IMG/VR virus record: IMGVR_UViG_3300021560_000015
Location: 1-64,000 of that record
DNA length: 64,000 nucleotides
Origin: a virus
Lineage: Duplodnaviria; Caudoviricetes
Reading direction: 5' to 3' (one strand)
Shown: piece by piece, positions 8,758 to 17,047 of the stretch
Numbering within the stretch: the stretch's first letter is position 1
Layout: the number at the start of each line of letters is the position of its first letter
Made by a program: the position numbers and the translations under genes
Notes under the pieces: model-generated
Databases searched by the model: none
What the model was told of the DNA's origin: nothing
The model's input: only the letters and a program-made list of their open reading frames with translations

Positions 8758-10940
8758 CCAGCGGGTATGCCACCTTCCAGCACGTCCCGGACGCGCTGGC
8801 TCCGCAGTTCGGCTACACGCCTACTCCCGTGCAGCCGGTACAGCGCGACCACCGTACTGAGCACCGGGTCGCCCTTGCCGCAGCCGTAGTGACTGGGCTG
8901 TTGGTGGCCCGGCACTACCTGAAGAGACAGGAGACCCCGAAGCCGGGCAACGCACGGCTGCAGGCATTGCAGGCCTTCGCGATGGCTCGGCCCACTTTCA
9001 TGGGGCTTGCCGTGCCGGCCGCCAACGCGCTCTACGGCGTGGTGCGCAAGGATCTGGTTGCCGCTGAAGAGCATGCCGAAGGCCTCGGGGACTACCTGGC
9101 CACCAGCTCGGCCACCGCGCTCCAGGAGGGATTCGACCGACAGCTGGCTGCTGGCTGGCACCCTGATGTGGCGTGGCACCGCAGCGTCGAGGGCTATGGG
9201 CTCGACGCTCGAGGGATGCGCGCCTACGTGGACCGGCTGCTGGTGGATAAGGACCCCAAGGAGCTGGTGCCGGCCTCGGCCAAGCGGGCTGTGCACCAGG
9301 CCCTGATTACGCGCGCGGACACGGTGGCCGGCGAGAAGCCCCGACAGCCGGTGGTCAAGGCCTACAACCCCTATCAACCGCGCGATGAGCACGGCCGCTG
9401 GGCAGCCGATCGCTACGGCCGATTCGCAGTCACCGGCGGCCGGGACTATATGAATGTCGAGCAGGTGCGTAATGCGCTGGCCCAGGTGGACCCGAAGATG
9501 AAGCTGGTGCACGGCAATGCACGTGGCACGGACCAGCTGGCCGCGGGGCTCTGGGAGGGAGAGAAGGAGATCTACCCTGCCGACTGGGCCCAGTACGGCA
9601 GGTCAGCAGGCCCGATCCGCAACCGGGAGATGGTGGAGTCCGGGCTCGACTTCGTGATCCGCTTCCCCGGCGGGAAGGGCACTGCGGACATGAGCCGGCA
9701 GGCCAAGCGGGCCGGCGTGCGGGTGGTTGACCACGACAAGATGGACCAGCTGGCCAAGGCCTATGACCCCCAGGAGAAGCGAGAGCCTAAGGGCAGCCCG
9801 CACGGCGGGCGCTGGGCAAGGGTGGCAGAGCGCCCAGAGGCCAGCCCAGCGGTGGAGGCGATGTTCGAGCAAGCCGCCGCCCAGGAGGAGAAGCGGGGGC
9901 TAGGGCTGTTCGAGCCGGAGGAGAAGGCCAAGACCGAGGGTGGCCTGGGACTGTTCGAGCCGCAGAAGCAGCAACTGTTCGAGACCAAGCCGCAACTGTT
10001 CGAGCGACAGGCGCTATTCGAGCGACAGGCGCTGTTCGAGCCAAAGGTGCAGGCCAGGGCGCAGCTGTTCGAGCCGAAGGTCCAGCCGCGGATACAGATC
10101 GAGCGCCGCACCCTGCTGTTTGCCCCTCCCGGCATCCCGCATGTGGCGCCCGACCGCAGTCCGGGCCAGGCCAATTGGTACTACCCAGCCGGCGATCTGA
10201 CCGCCTTCCTCAACTACAAGTACGCGGATGAGCCACCGGAGCACGTGTCGAAGACCATCAACTTCACCGAGGTGCGCGACTACAACAGGACGGTGCTGCG
10301 CAACGACAACCCGATCTCGGCCGAAGCCGGTGAGTATCCGTGGGACTTCACGCCGGCACTCAATGTCAGTGAGAGCGACTGGGACACGATGATGACCATC
10401 GCCTATCCACTGTGGCTGGAGGTCTTCAAGAATGCCCCGCAATACGTGAACAACCTCAACGACGAGGACTGGGAGCAGGTGGGTCGGATGGCCGGATTGA
10501 ACTCGGCCGATGATGTCGAGGGCGCGGTCTTGACCGATCCCCATGAGGACCAGTGGCAGTCCGCGGTGCGTGAGGCCTTCGCCGACTACATGCTCTGGCG
10601 ACTCCCCGAGAGCCTGCCCGATCTGCCTGTCTATGGCCGGGACGACAAGGATGAGTTGATCGAAGCCAACTCCGACAATATGACCTCCATGATCATCAAC
10701 AACGTGATGGGTGGCCTGGAGGAGGTCGCGGAGAAGATGAGCCCGTCACTGATGGTCTTCAAGCATGGACCCAACAATGCCGGCCCCCTCACCGACATGC
10801 GCGGTCATTACAACCTGGACTCCACCACCTATCGCTCCGCGATGCTGGAGTTCACCGGCAATCCGCCGACCGGCATTACTGGGGTCGGTGAGTGGTTCTA
10901 CAAGCCCGGTTCGGATTTCGGCGCGGGCAGCATGACATAG
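8754..10940 (+). CDS. Multidomain head-associated protein with SLOG (YspA/DUF2493-like) domain and LFE repeats
   Basis: AVTGGRDY...LVHGNARGTD...ADWAQYGRSAGPIRNREMV...FPGGKGTADM is a typical SLOG signature. Confidence 0.75.
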   Translation: MTSGYATFQHVPDALAPQFGYTPTPVQPVQRDHRTEHRVALAAAVVTGLLVARHYLKRQETPKPGNARLQALQAFAMARPTFMGLAVPAANALYGVVRKDLVAAEEHAEGLGDYLATSSATALQEGFDRQLAAGWHPDVAWHRSVEGYGLDARGMRAYVDRLLVDKDPKELVPASAKRAVHQALITRADTVAGEKPRQPVVKAYNPYQPRDEHGRWAADRYGRFAVTGGRDYMNVEQVRNALAQVDPKMKLVHGNARGTDQLAAGLWEGEKEIYPADWAQYGRSAGPIRNREMVESGLDFVIRFPGGKGTADMSRQAKRAGVRVVDHDKMDQLAKAYDPQEKREPKGSPHGGRWARVAERPEASPAVEAMFEQAAAQEEKRGLGLFEPEEKAKTEGGLGLFEPQKQQLFETKPQLFERQALFERQALFEPKVQARAQLFEPKVQPRIQIERRTLLFAPPGIPHVAPDRSPGQANWYYPAGDLTAFLNYKYADEPPEHVSKTINFTEVRDYNRTVLRNDNPISAEAGEYPWDFTPALNVSESDWDTMMTIAYPLWLEVFKNAPQYVNNLNDEDWEQVGRMAGLNSADDVEGAVLTDPHEDQWQSAVREAFADYMLWRLPESLPDLPVYGRDDKDELIEANSDNMTSMIINNVMGGLEEVAEKMSPSLMVFKHGPNNAGPLTDMRGHYNLDSTTYRSAMLEFTGNPPTGITGVGEWFYKPGSDFGAGSMT

Positions 10941-10970
10941 ACGGGCTGCGCACCCCCTGACGATAAGGGT
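10940..10970 (+). promoter_or_regulatory. Putative late promoter, leaderless
   Basis: GACGGGCTGCGC-ACCCCCT-GACGAT-6 nt-GTG, same spacing as the portal copy. Confidence 0.7.
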
Positions 10971-13115
10971 GTGACCCACCCCGATGCTGACTTCGTCGCG
11001 CTACACAAGGCGATCTACGGCGAGTCGGTGGATGTCCGCGAGGCCTGGGAGATCGCCAAGCTGGCCACCGACGCACCGGATATGCACGTTGACCAGCCGA
11101 CCCAACGCAAGCAAGCCAAGGCCAAGAACCCGAACGCCGGCAAGGAGGGCCTTGCTGCCGGCCTCCTGCTCGGCGTGCCGGCCGAGTCGATGGCTGCCGC
11201 CAAGCAGATCAGAGAGACCGCGACCAAGCTGAAGGAGCCGATGGCCGCGCCGGCCACTGGCCACCTGTTCAATCGCGTCAGGGGGTTCAAGGGCGGTAAG
11301 CCCGCCGCGGTGGGCGAGGCGGCACTGCAGACCGCCAACCTCGGGGTTGGCCTGCTGGCCGCTCGCGAGCTGCTGAAGAAGCCCAAGCAGCAACCGGTCG
11401 CCAAGGCAGGTCGTATCCAGTTGCGAGCTGTCAATGCTGCCCAGGTACAGGCCCGAGTTCCCTCGCTACGCGCGCGCCGTCCTCCTGGCTCGCCGGGGCC
11501 GATGGGCAAGTCCTTCGATGCCAAGGTGACCATCGCCAAGGTCAATCCGTACAAGCAGCAGGTGTTCGGCTGGGCCCAGGTGGCCGCCTGGGATGGCCAG
11601 GAGGTGCACGACCGGCAGGGCGATGTGGTCAGCATCGACGAGCTGGAGAAGGCCGCCTATGACTATGTGCTGGATTGCCGGATGGGTGGTGACCAGCACG
11701 GCCGGGTGACCAAGGCCGATGGCCCGCGACAGACCGCCACGATGATCGAGTCGATGGTCTTCACGCCCGAGAAGATCGAGGCGATGGGCCTGCCATCGAA
11801 CTTCCCGCAAGCGTGGTGGACAGGGTTCCAGGTGCATGATCCACAGGCTTGGGATGATGTCATCACCAAGCGGCGTACCGGCTTCTCGGTGCACGGCACC
11901 GGCCGGCGTGAGCTGGTGAGCAAGGTCGATCTCAATGCGGCAGCTCGATTCGCCCGGAAAGCATCGCGCAAGGTCAGCGGCCGAATAACCGCTCAGCCGG
12001 TAGGGGAGAGCCCGCGCTCTGTTGTGGTCCGCCGTGGCAAGTTCGCGGTCAGCCCATCCGGCGAGGCCAGGTGGCAGCCGGTGACCAAGGCCGATTTGAA
12101 AGAGCGTGTCCAGGCCGCGGTCCATCCCCCACCGGTGGCCCGACATGAGGTGCAGTCCACTGCGGTGAAGAGCATGGGCTACCAGCCGCAGACCCACCGG
12201 CTGGCCTACGAGATGCACTCTCGGCCGGATCAGCCCTACAACTACAAGGCCAGCAAGGAGCAGGCCTACGCCGCTCAGCATGCGCCGTCCATCGGACACC
12301 AGTACGCCACCCAAGTTCGCGGCAGGTACAAGCGCAAGGAACGGATCCTCAACCCGATGGACCGGGCGCGGCTATTCGTGAACCCACCGCCGCAGCAGGT
12401 GTCCAAGGATGTCGACCCCTCCGTGCAGCGCCGGCGCAAGGTAGCGGGCACCACCGAGACCGCCGCCAGCCTGACCGCCGGCACAGTTGGTGCGGGCTTC
12501 GCCGGGGCTCAGGCACGTAAGCAGTTCCAGGAGGAGCATCCAGCTCGCTACCGACAGGTGTCCAGCGCAGTCGGCCGCTTCGGGGCGAAGGGGCCGAAAC
12601 GGGCCTGGATGGCCGGCAAGGTGCTCACCGGCAAGCCCAACCTGGCGGCGTTCGGCGCATTGCTCGCGGCTGGTGGTGTCGCTGGCGCAGCGCACCGTTA
12701 CCAGCAGGCCTCGAAGCTGAATGAGTTGTACCAGGGCTCAGACCTGCAGCAGCGGGTACGGCATCCACGCCGGCGGCGTGCCAAGGCCGCCGTACAGCCG
12801 GTATCCAAGGACAACACCCTGCTCACCCCGCAGCAGGTGTCCCGCCGGCAGAAGCGCGCTTCCATCTACTCCAAGGTCGGGGCCACGCTCGGGCTGGCAG
12901 CACTCGGCTCTAAGGCCGGGGCGGCTGGGGTACGTCGGTTCGCTACCGACGCTGAGAAGGGCGCGAACATCGCCGACCAGCTGGAGCGGCACACCTCCAC
13001 GGTGCTGGCCGGCGGCGCCGGGCTGTCCGCGATCAGCGGGTTCAACTCCGCAAGGCTCTCGCGCAACTCGGCACTGCAGGAGCAACAGCAGCAGAAGGTA
13101 GGCGGCATCCGATGA
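10971..13115 (+). CDS. Polyprotein containing XkdF-like prohead serine protease and KTSC domain
   Basis: KQQVFGWA...VHDRQGD...ELEKAAYDYV...HG...MIESMVFT...WWTGFQVHD..W....RTGFSVHG (XkdF-like); VQSTAVKSMGY...Y.Y...A.SIG..Y...VRGRY (KTSC-like). Confidence 0.75.
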   Translation: MTHPDADFVALHKAIYGESVDVREAWEIAKLATDAPDMHVDQPTQRKQAKAKNPNAGKEGLAAGLLLGVPAESMAAAKQIRETATKLKEPMAAPATGHLFNRVRGFKGGKPAAVGEAALQTANLGVGLLAARELLKKPKQQPVAKAGRIQLRAVNAAQVQARVPSLRARRPPGSPGPMGKSFDAKVTIAKVNPYKQQVFGWAQVAAWDGQEVHDRQGDVVSIDELEKAAYDYVLDCRMGGDQHGRVTKADGPRQTATMIESMVFTPEKIEAMGLPSNFPQAWWTGFQVHDPQAWDDVITKRRTGFSVHGTGRRELVSKVDLNAAARFARKASRKVSGRITAQPVGESPRSVVVRRGKFAVSPSGEARWQPVTKADLKERVQAAVHPPPVARHEVQSTAVKSMGYQPQTHRLAYEMHSRPDQPYNYKASKEQAYAAQHAPSIGHQYATQVRGRYKRKERILNPMDRARLFVNPPPQQVSKDVDPSVQRRRKVAGTTETAASLTAGTVGAGFAGAQARKQFQEEHPARYRQVSSAVGRFGAKGPKRAWMAGKVLTGKPNLAAFGALLAAGGVAGAAHRYQQASKLNELYQGSDLQQRVRHPRRRRAKAAVQPVSKDNTLLTPQQVSRRQKRASIYSKVGATLGLAALGSKAGAAGVRRFATDAEKGANIADQLERHTSTVLAGGAGLSAISGFNSARLSRNSALQEQQQQKVGGIR

Positions 13116-13606
13116 TCAGTGCGTTTGGCATCGACCACGGCAGTGTGATCCGCAAGGACGACATCAGCGACCAGGCCAAGGTCGCGCTGGTGTCCGGGAT
13201 GCGCAACTCAGGGATGGCGTTCCAGAACAAGGACGCCCGTAAGCAGTACCGGCAGAACACCCGGATGGCCGCCCGTACTTTCCGCTCCGGTCCGTACAGC
13301 GCGGAGAACCGCAAGCGGATGGGCATTGGCGTGGGTGCCGGTACTGCAGCCGGCGCGTTGCTTGGTGCGGGAGCTGGCGCGCTCATGCATGGCGGGATGG
13401 GCGCAGCGAAGGGCGCGAAGATCGGCGCGGCGGTCGGTGGTGTCTCCGGCGGTGCCTCCGGCGCCGATGTCGCCTCCACGGTGAACTGGCAGAAGGCCTC
13501 AATGCGCGGACTGGACCGCAGCATCAAGCAGGGCGGGGTGCAGACCGGGGTGCCGAAGGAGCAGATCAGCCGCTGGACCGCGACCCGGAGGCCTGATCAG
13601 TCGTGA
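13112..13606 (+). CDS. Tagged glycine-zipper putative capsid-internal protein
   Basis: Starts MISAFGIDHGSVIRK; GIGVGAGTAAGALLGAGAGAL glycine-zipper segment. Confidence 0.75.
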   Translation: MISAFGIDHGSVIRKDDISDQAKVALVSGMRNSGMAFQNKDARKQYRQNTRMAARTFRSGPYSAENRKRMGIGVGAGTAAGALLGAGAGALMHGGMGAAKGAKIGAAVGGVSGGASGADVASTVNWQKASMRGLDRSIKQGGVQTGVPKEQISRWTATRRPDQS

Positions 13607-15702
13607 CCAGCCCACAAGATGATCCGTGGTTCGGTTCCCAGCAGGAGCCGAAGCACAAAGGGCTGCTCGGGGAGATGGAGAAGCACCCGGCGATCACCAC
13701 CGGTGCGGCACTGGCCTCGGTGCCGGTCGGGATTCGCACGCACGGAGATGTGCAGGCGATCCGCAGCATCGCCCACCTCAAGGATCCGGAGCGGGGCGCC
13801 AAGCTGGTTAGCGACCTGGCCCAGCACCGTTCCGAGGCGCTGCCGGGGATCGGCGGTGGCAAAGGTGTTGCGGATGTGCTGCGCGGTCAGCGGGAGATCC
13901 ACCAGGCGGCTAAGGCCGGCAACAGGGACATCGGAGCACTGCGGCCCACGGTGAACCGCTACTCGCGCACCTTCGAGCAGGCCGGAAAGATCAAGGCAGC
14001 CGGCAACAAGCCAGTGCATGGGTTCGGCGGTGCACTGGCGCATCCGATTCGTGCCGAGCGTGGCCTGCATGCCAGGGTGCTGGGCGGCCTGATCGACAAC
14101 GCCAAAGAGGGTGAGCACCCGCACCTGTACCGCAGCCAGCACAACGTCGGCACCCACCAAGTGGGCGACACCGTTGACTTCGGCCGCTTCTCCTCCTTCA
14201 CCTCTGACAGGGCGATTGCGCAGCACACCGGCGCTGCGCACGAGGCGGCCAAGCTCATGCCTGGCAAGCCGACCACCCCGGAGGGCAGCAAGGGAGTCAT
14301 CTATCACCTGCCGGCCGGCACAGGGAAGGCAGCGAACTTGTCCGGCGCCACCAACCGGTTCGCACAGAACGAGTGGATGGCCGGCGGCAAGTACCAGGTG
14401 ACCGATGTAAAGGGGAGTCACGTGTATCTCGGAGCACACCCGGACAGCGTCGGTAAGCGCTGGGAGAAGCAGGGCGGCGGCTGGACGAAGAAGGGCGCCC
14501 CTGCCGGCAAGGGCGGACACATCGAGGATCCCGGTCAGTACGAAGCGGTCAAGCGCGCGACTGGTAGCAAGCGGATCGCAGCAGCGGTGTCCAACACCCC
14601 GCACCAAGTGCACCGCAAGAACATCTTCAAGGCCTCGGTCTACAGCGCCAGCAGCCAGGGCGCGATCGCGCAGGAGCAGGCCAACGAGCGACAGCGGGCT
14701 CGCTCCCATGCGGTTGCTGCAGGGGCAGTAGGGAACCTGATCGGTACTGGCGCCTTTCTCGGCCACCAGCAGCTCAAGCACTCCGCGCTGCCCCAGGGAG
14801 CAGAGGCTGCTGCACGACGAGCCAAGCAGCTCGAGCACATCAAGCACGCCGGCTTCATCGGTACTGCCGGGGCACTGGGTGCCGCTGGTGCGTACGCCAT
14901 GGCCGGCCGACACCACCGCAAGGAGGCACGGGCCGCCGCGCGCAACGTGGAGAACTTGAAGCAGAACCCGCCGACGATCTTCCACTCACTCAGCAAGGCC
15001 AATGGCTTCGGCATCGACGAAGAGCTGGTGATGGCCTACCAGGCTCCGCTGGCCAAGGGCTACGGCCGCTCCTTCGAGCCGGCCAGTCTGCCACCGGGGA
15101 CCAGTGGTGGTACATCGGGTGGGCGCAAGTCCGGACAGGACTATGCCCGCGAGATGCAGAACCGCAATGCGCGCGAGCAGGCATATCGCCGGCGCCGTAA
15201 CACTGCCAAGCCGCCCATGATCGGGGTGGGCAAGGCCTTCGATTCCGAGCGGCAGCGGCACCGGCGTCGAGCCGCGTATGAGGGTGCTGCCGCCGGCGGT
15301 TCAGTGAGTGCTGCCGCCGGAGCTGGCTATCTGGGCCACAAGGCACGCGGCAAGTTCGGCGAGGCGGGCGGCGAGCGGGCACAAGCTACGGAGTTGAGAG
15401 GGAGAGCAGAGGAATCTCTGCGCAGTCTCCCGCCGCGCAAGCGAGGTGCAGCGGCCACCCTGCCACCCAAGTGGCAGGACACCGCGCGGGCGGCATCGAG
15501 GGACCTGACTCGGGCGCATGCGCACCAGGCGAACGCCGTCAAACTGGCCGGCGAGGCGCGCAAATTCCGTGCCGGCGCGGTCGGTGCCGGTGTCGCTTCG
15601 GCCGGCGCAGCGTACGGCGCCTACAAGCTGCATCGGCAGGGCCAGAACCGTGGTCGCAGCTACGCCCAGGGACCAGCCAACCGGGTCTACGGCTACGCCT
15701 AA
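13603..15702 (+). CDS. Polyprotein with R-S-E type ADP-ribosyltransferase domain and Gly/Ala modules
   Basis: LYRS...VGDTV.FGRFSSFTS...A...VIYHL...G...S...QNEW...YQV resembles the VIP2/Alt-type ART motif order. Confidence 0.65.
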   Translation: MTSPQDDPWFGSQQEPKHKGLLGEMEKHPAITTGAALASVPVGIRTHGDVQAIRSIAHLKDPERGAKLVSDLAQHRSEALPGIGGGKGVADVLRGQREIHQAAKAGNRDIGALRPTVNRYSRTFEQAGKIKAAGNKPVHGFGGALAHPIRAERGLHARVLGGLIDNAKEGEHPHLYRSQHNVGTHQVGDTVDFGRFSSFTSDRAIAQHTGAAHEAAKLMPGKPTTPEGSKGVIYHLPAGTGKAANLSGATNRFAQNEWMAGGKYQVTDVKGSHVYLGAHPDSVGKRWEKQGGGWTKKGAPAGKGGHIEDPGQYEAVKRATGSKRIAAAVSNTPHQVHRKNIFKASVYSASSQGAIAQEQANERQRARSHAVAAGAVGNLIGTGAFLGHQQLKHSALPQGAEAAARRAKQLEHIKHAGFIGTAGALGAAGAYAMAGRHHRKEARAAARNVENLKQNPPTIFHSLSKANGFGIDEELVMAYQAPLAKGYGRSFEPASLPPGTSGGTSGGRKSGQDYAREMQNRNAREQAYRRRRNTAKPPMIGVGKAFDSERQRHRRRAAYEGAAAGGSVSAAAGAGYLGHKARGKFGEAGGERAQATELRGRAEESLRSLPPRKRGAAATLPPKWQDTARAASRDLTRAHAHQANAVKLAGEARKFRAGAVGAGVASAGAAYGAYKLHRQGQNRGRSYAQGPANRVYGYA

Positions 15703-15703
15703 G

Positions 15704-15734
15704 GACGAAATGCGGACCCCCTGATGATGAGGAC
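15704..15734 (+). promoter_or_regulatory. Putative late promoter for scaffold/capsid operon
   Basis: GACGAAATGCGG-ACCCCCT-GATGAT, followed by RBS AAGGAGG. Confidence 0.65.
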
Positions 15735-15745
15735 AAGGAGGAACG

Positions 15746-16615
15746 ATGCCCCGCTACCGGCTCTCGGACATGGACTTCGACGAGGTCTCCACCGTCGACA
15801 AGCCGGCCAACCAGTACTCCCGCATCGTCCTCGCCAAGCGCTTCCAGGAGGACGGAATGACAGAGCCTGAATACGAGGCGCCCGAGGAAATCTACGACGC
15901 CGACGGAGACCCGGTGGATATCGCCTCGCTGGATCCGGATCAACTGATCCAGGACGACGAGGGCTTCTTCTGGCACAGCGACGGCGAACGTCTCGTCCCG
16001 GTCTGGGAGGACGAGCTGCAAGGCGAACCGGAGTATGCCGAAGTCGGTAAGTCTTCGGCATTCCTGGACAACGCCGGCTCGCCACCCACCTACACCCAGC
16101 AGGTGCTCGAGGGCCTGTCGGTCGAGCTGTCCAAGGCGCTCGACGATGAGCAGCGCACCCAGGTGGTGTCCAAGGCGGTACAGGGGCTGGTCGACGAGAA
16201 CTACGCACTGTCCAAGCGGGTCGGCCAGTTCGAGGCAATCGCCAAGCGCGAGCGGGAGATCCGCCTGGAGCGCGAGTACATCGCCAAGGCCGACACCTAC
16301 AACGTGCCGGTCGACCCCACCGTGCTCGGCCCGGTGCTGATGCGGATGGCCGAACTGATGCCCTACGACGACTGCGCGGTCATCGACAAGGCGCTGACCG
16401 CCTCCGGTGAGATCTTCACCGAGCTCGGGATGGGCGGCGAGGCCGACATGAGCGATCCGTTCGCGCAGATCGAGGAGTACGTGGCCGACGCCGGCACACA
16501 GGTGGCCAAGCGGGACGGCCGGTCCGGGATCTCGAAGGAGCAGGCGACGGTCGAGTTCTTCAACGAGAACCCGGACGCCTACAACGAGTACCGGCGCGAG
16601 CAGGCGAGGAGCTGA
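15746..16615 (+). CDS. Capsid scaffolding protein
   Basis: N-terminal DEVSTVDKPAN motif typical of scaffolds in XkdF-type head modules; acidic coiled coil; upstream of capsid genes. Confidence 0.7.
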   Translation: MPRYRLSDMDFDEVSTVDKPANQYSRIVLAKRFQEDGMTEPEYEAPEEIYDADGDPVDIASLDPDQLIQDDEGFFWHSDGERLVPVWEDELQGEPEYAEVGKSSAFLDNAGSPPTYTQQVLEGLSVELSKALDDEQRTQVVSKAVQGLVDENYALSKRVGQFEAIAKREREIRLEREYIAKADTYNVPVDPTVLGPVLMRMAELMPYDDCAVIDKALTASGEIFTELGMGGEADMSDPFAQIEEYVADAGTQVAKRDGRSGISKEQATVEFFNENPDAYNEYRREQARS

Positions 16616-16618
16616 GAG

Positions 16619-17035
16619 ATGCCAGCTTACGACGAGACCCTTCGCCGAATCACGCTGCAGGCGGACTCGAGCATCGCTCTCTACACCGGCCCACCTGGGA
16701 TCCCCGGTTCGACCAGCCCGAACTATGGCTTCCAGTTCCGCTTCGTCAAGATCACTGGCGACCACACCGTTGGGCTGTGCACCGCGGCTGCGGACCCGAT
16801 CGTCGGGGTACTGCAGAACAAGCCGCAGCGGGTGGGTGAGGCGGCCACTGTGGCGCTCGGTGGAGTGAGCCTGGTCAACGTGGCCGCAGCCTTGACCTTT
16901 GGCCAGCAGGTGGCGGCCAATGCCACCGGCCAAGGGATTCTCTGGACCACCGGAACCGTAGCGGGGCTGGTGGTGCGTGGCGCTGGAGGCGTCACAGGAG
17001 CCCTGGCCCCCGTGCTACTTCGGCTCGGGTCGTAG
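16619..17035 (+). CDS. Capsid decoration/cement-like protein
   Basis: Small beta-rich Gly/Ala/Val protein (IVGVLQNKP..GEAATV...G.S.V) just before the major capsid gene. Confidence 0.6.
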   Translation: MPAYDETLRRITLQADSSIALYTGPPGIPGSTSPNYGFQFRFVKITGDHTVGLCTAAADPIVGVLQNKPQRVGEAATVALGGVSLVNVAAALTFGQQVAANATGQGILWTTGTVAGLVVRGAGGVTGALAPVLLRLGS

Positions 17036-17047
17036 GAGGACTGACTC

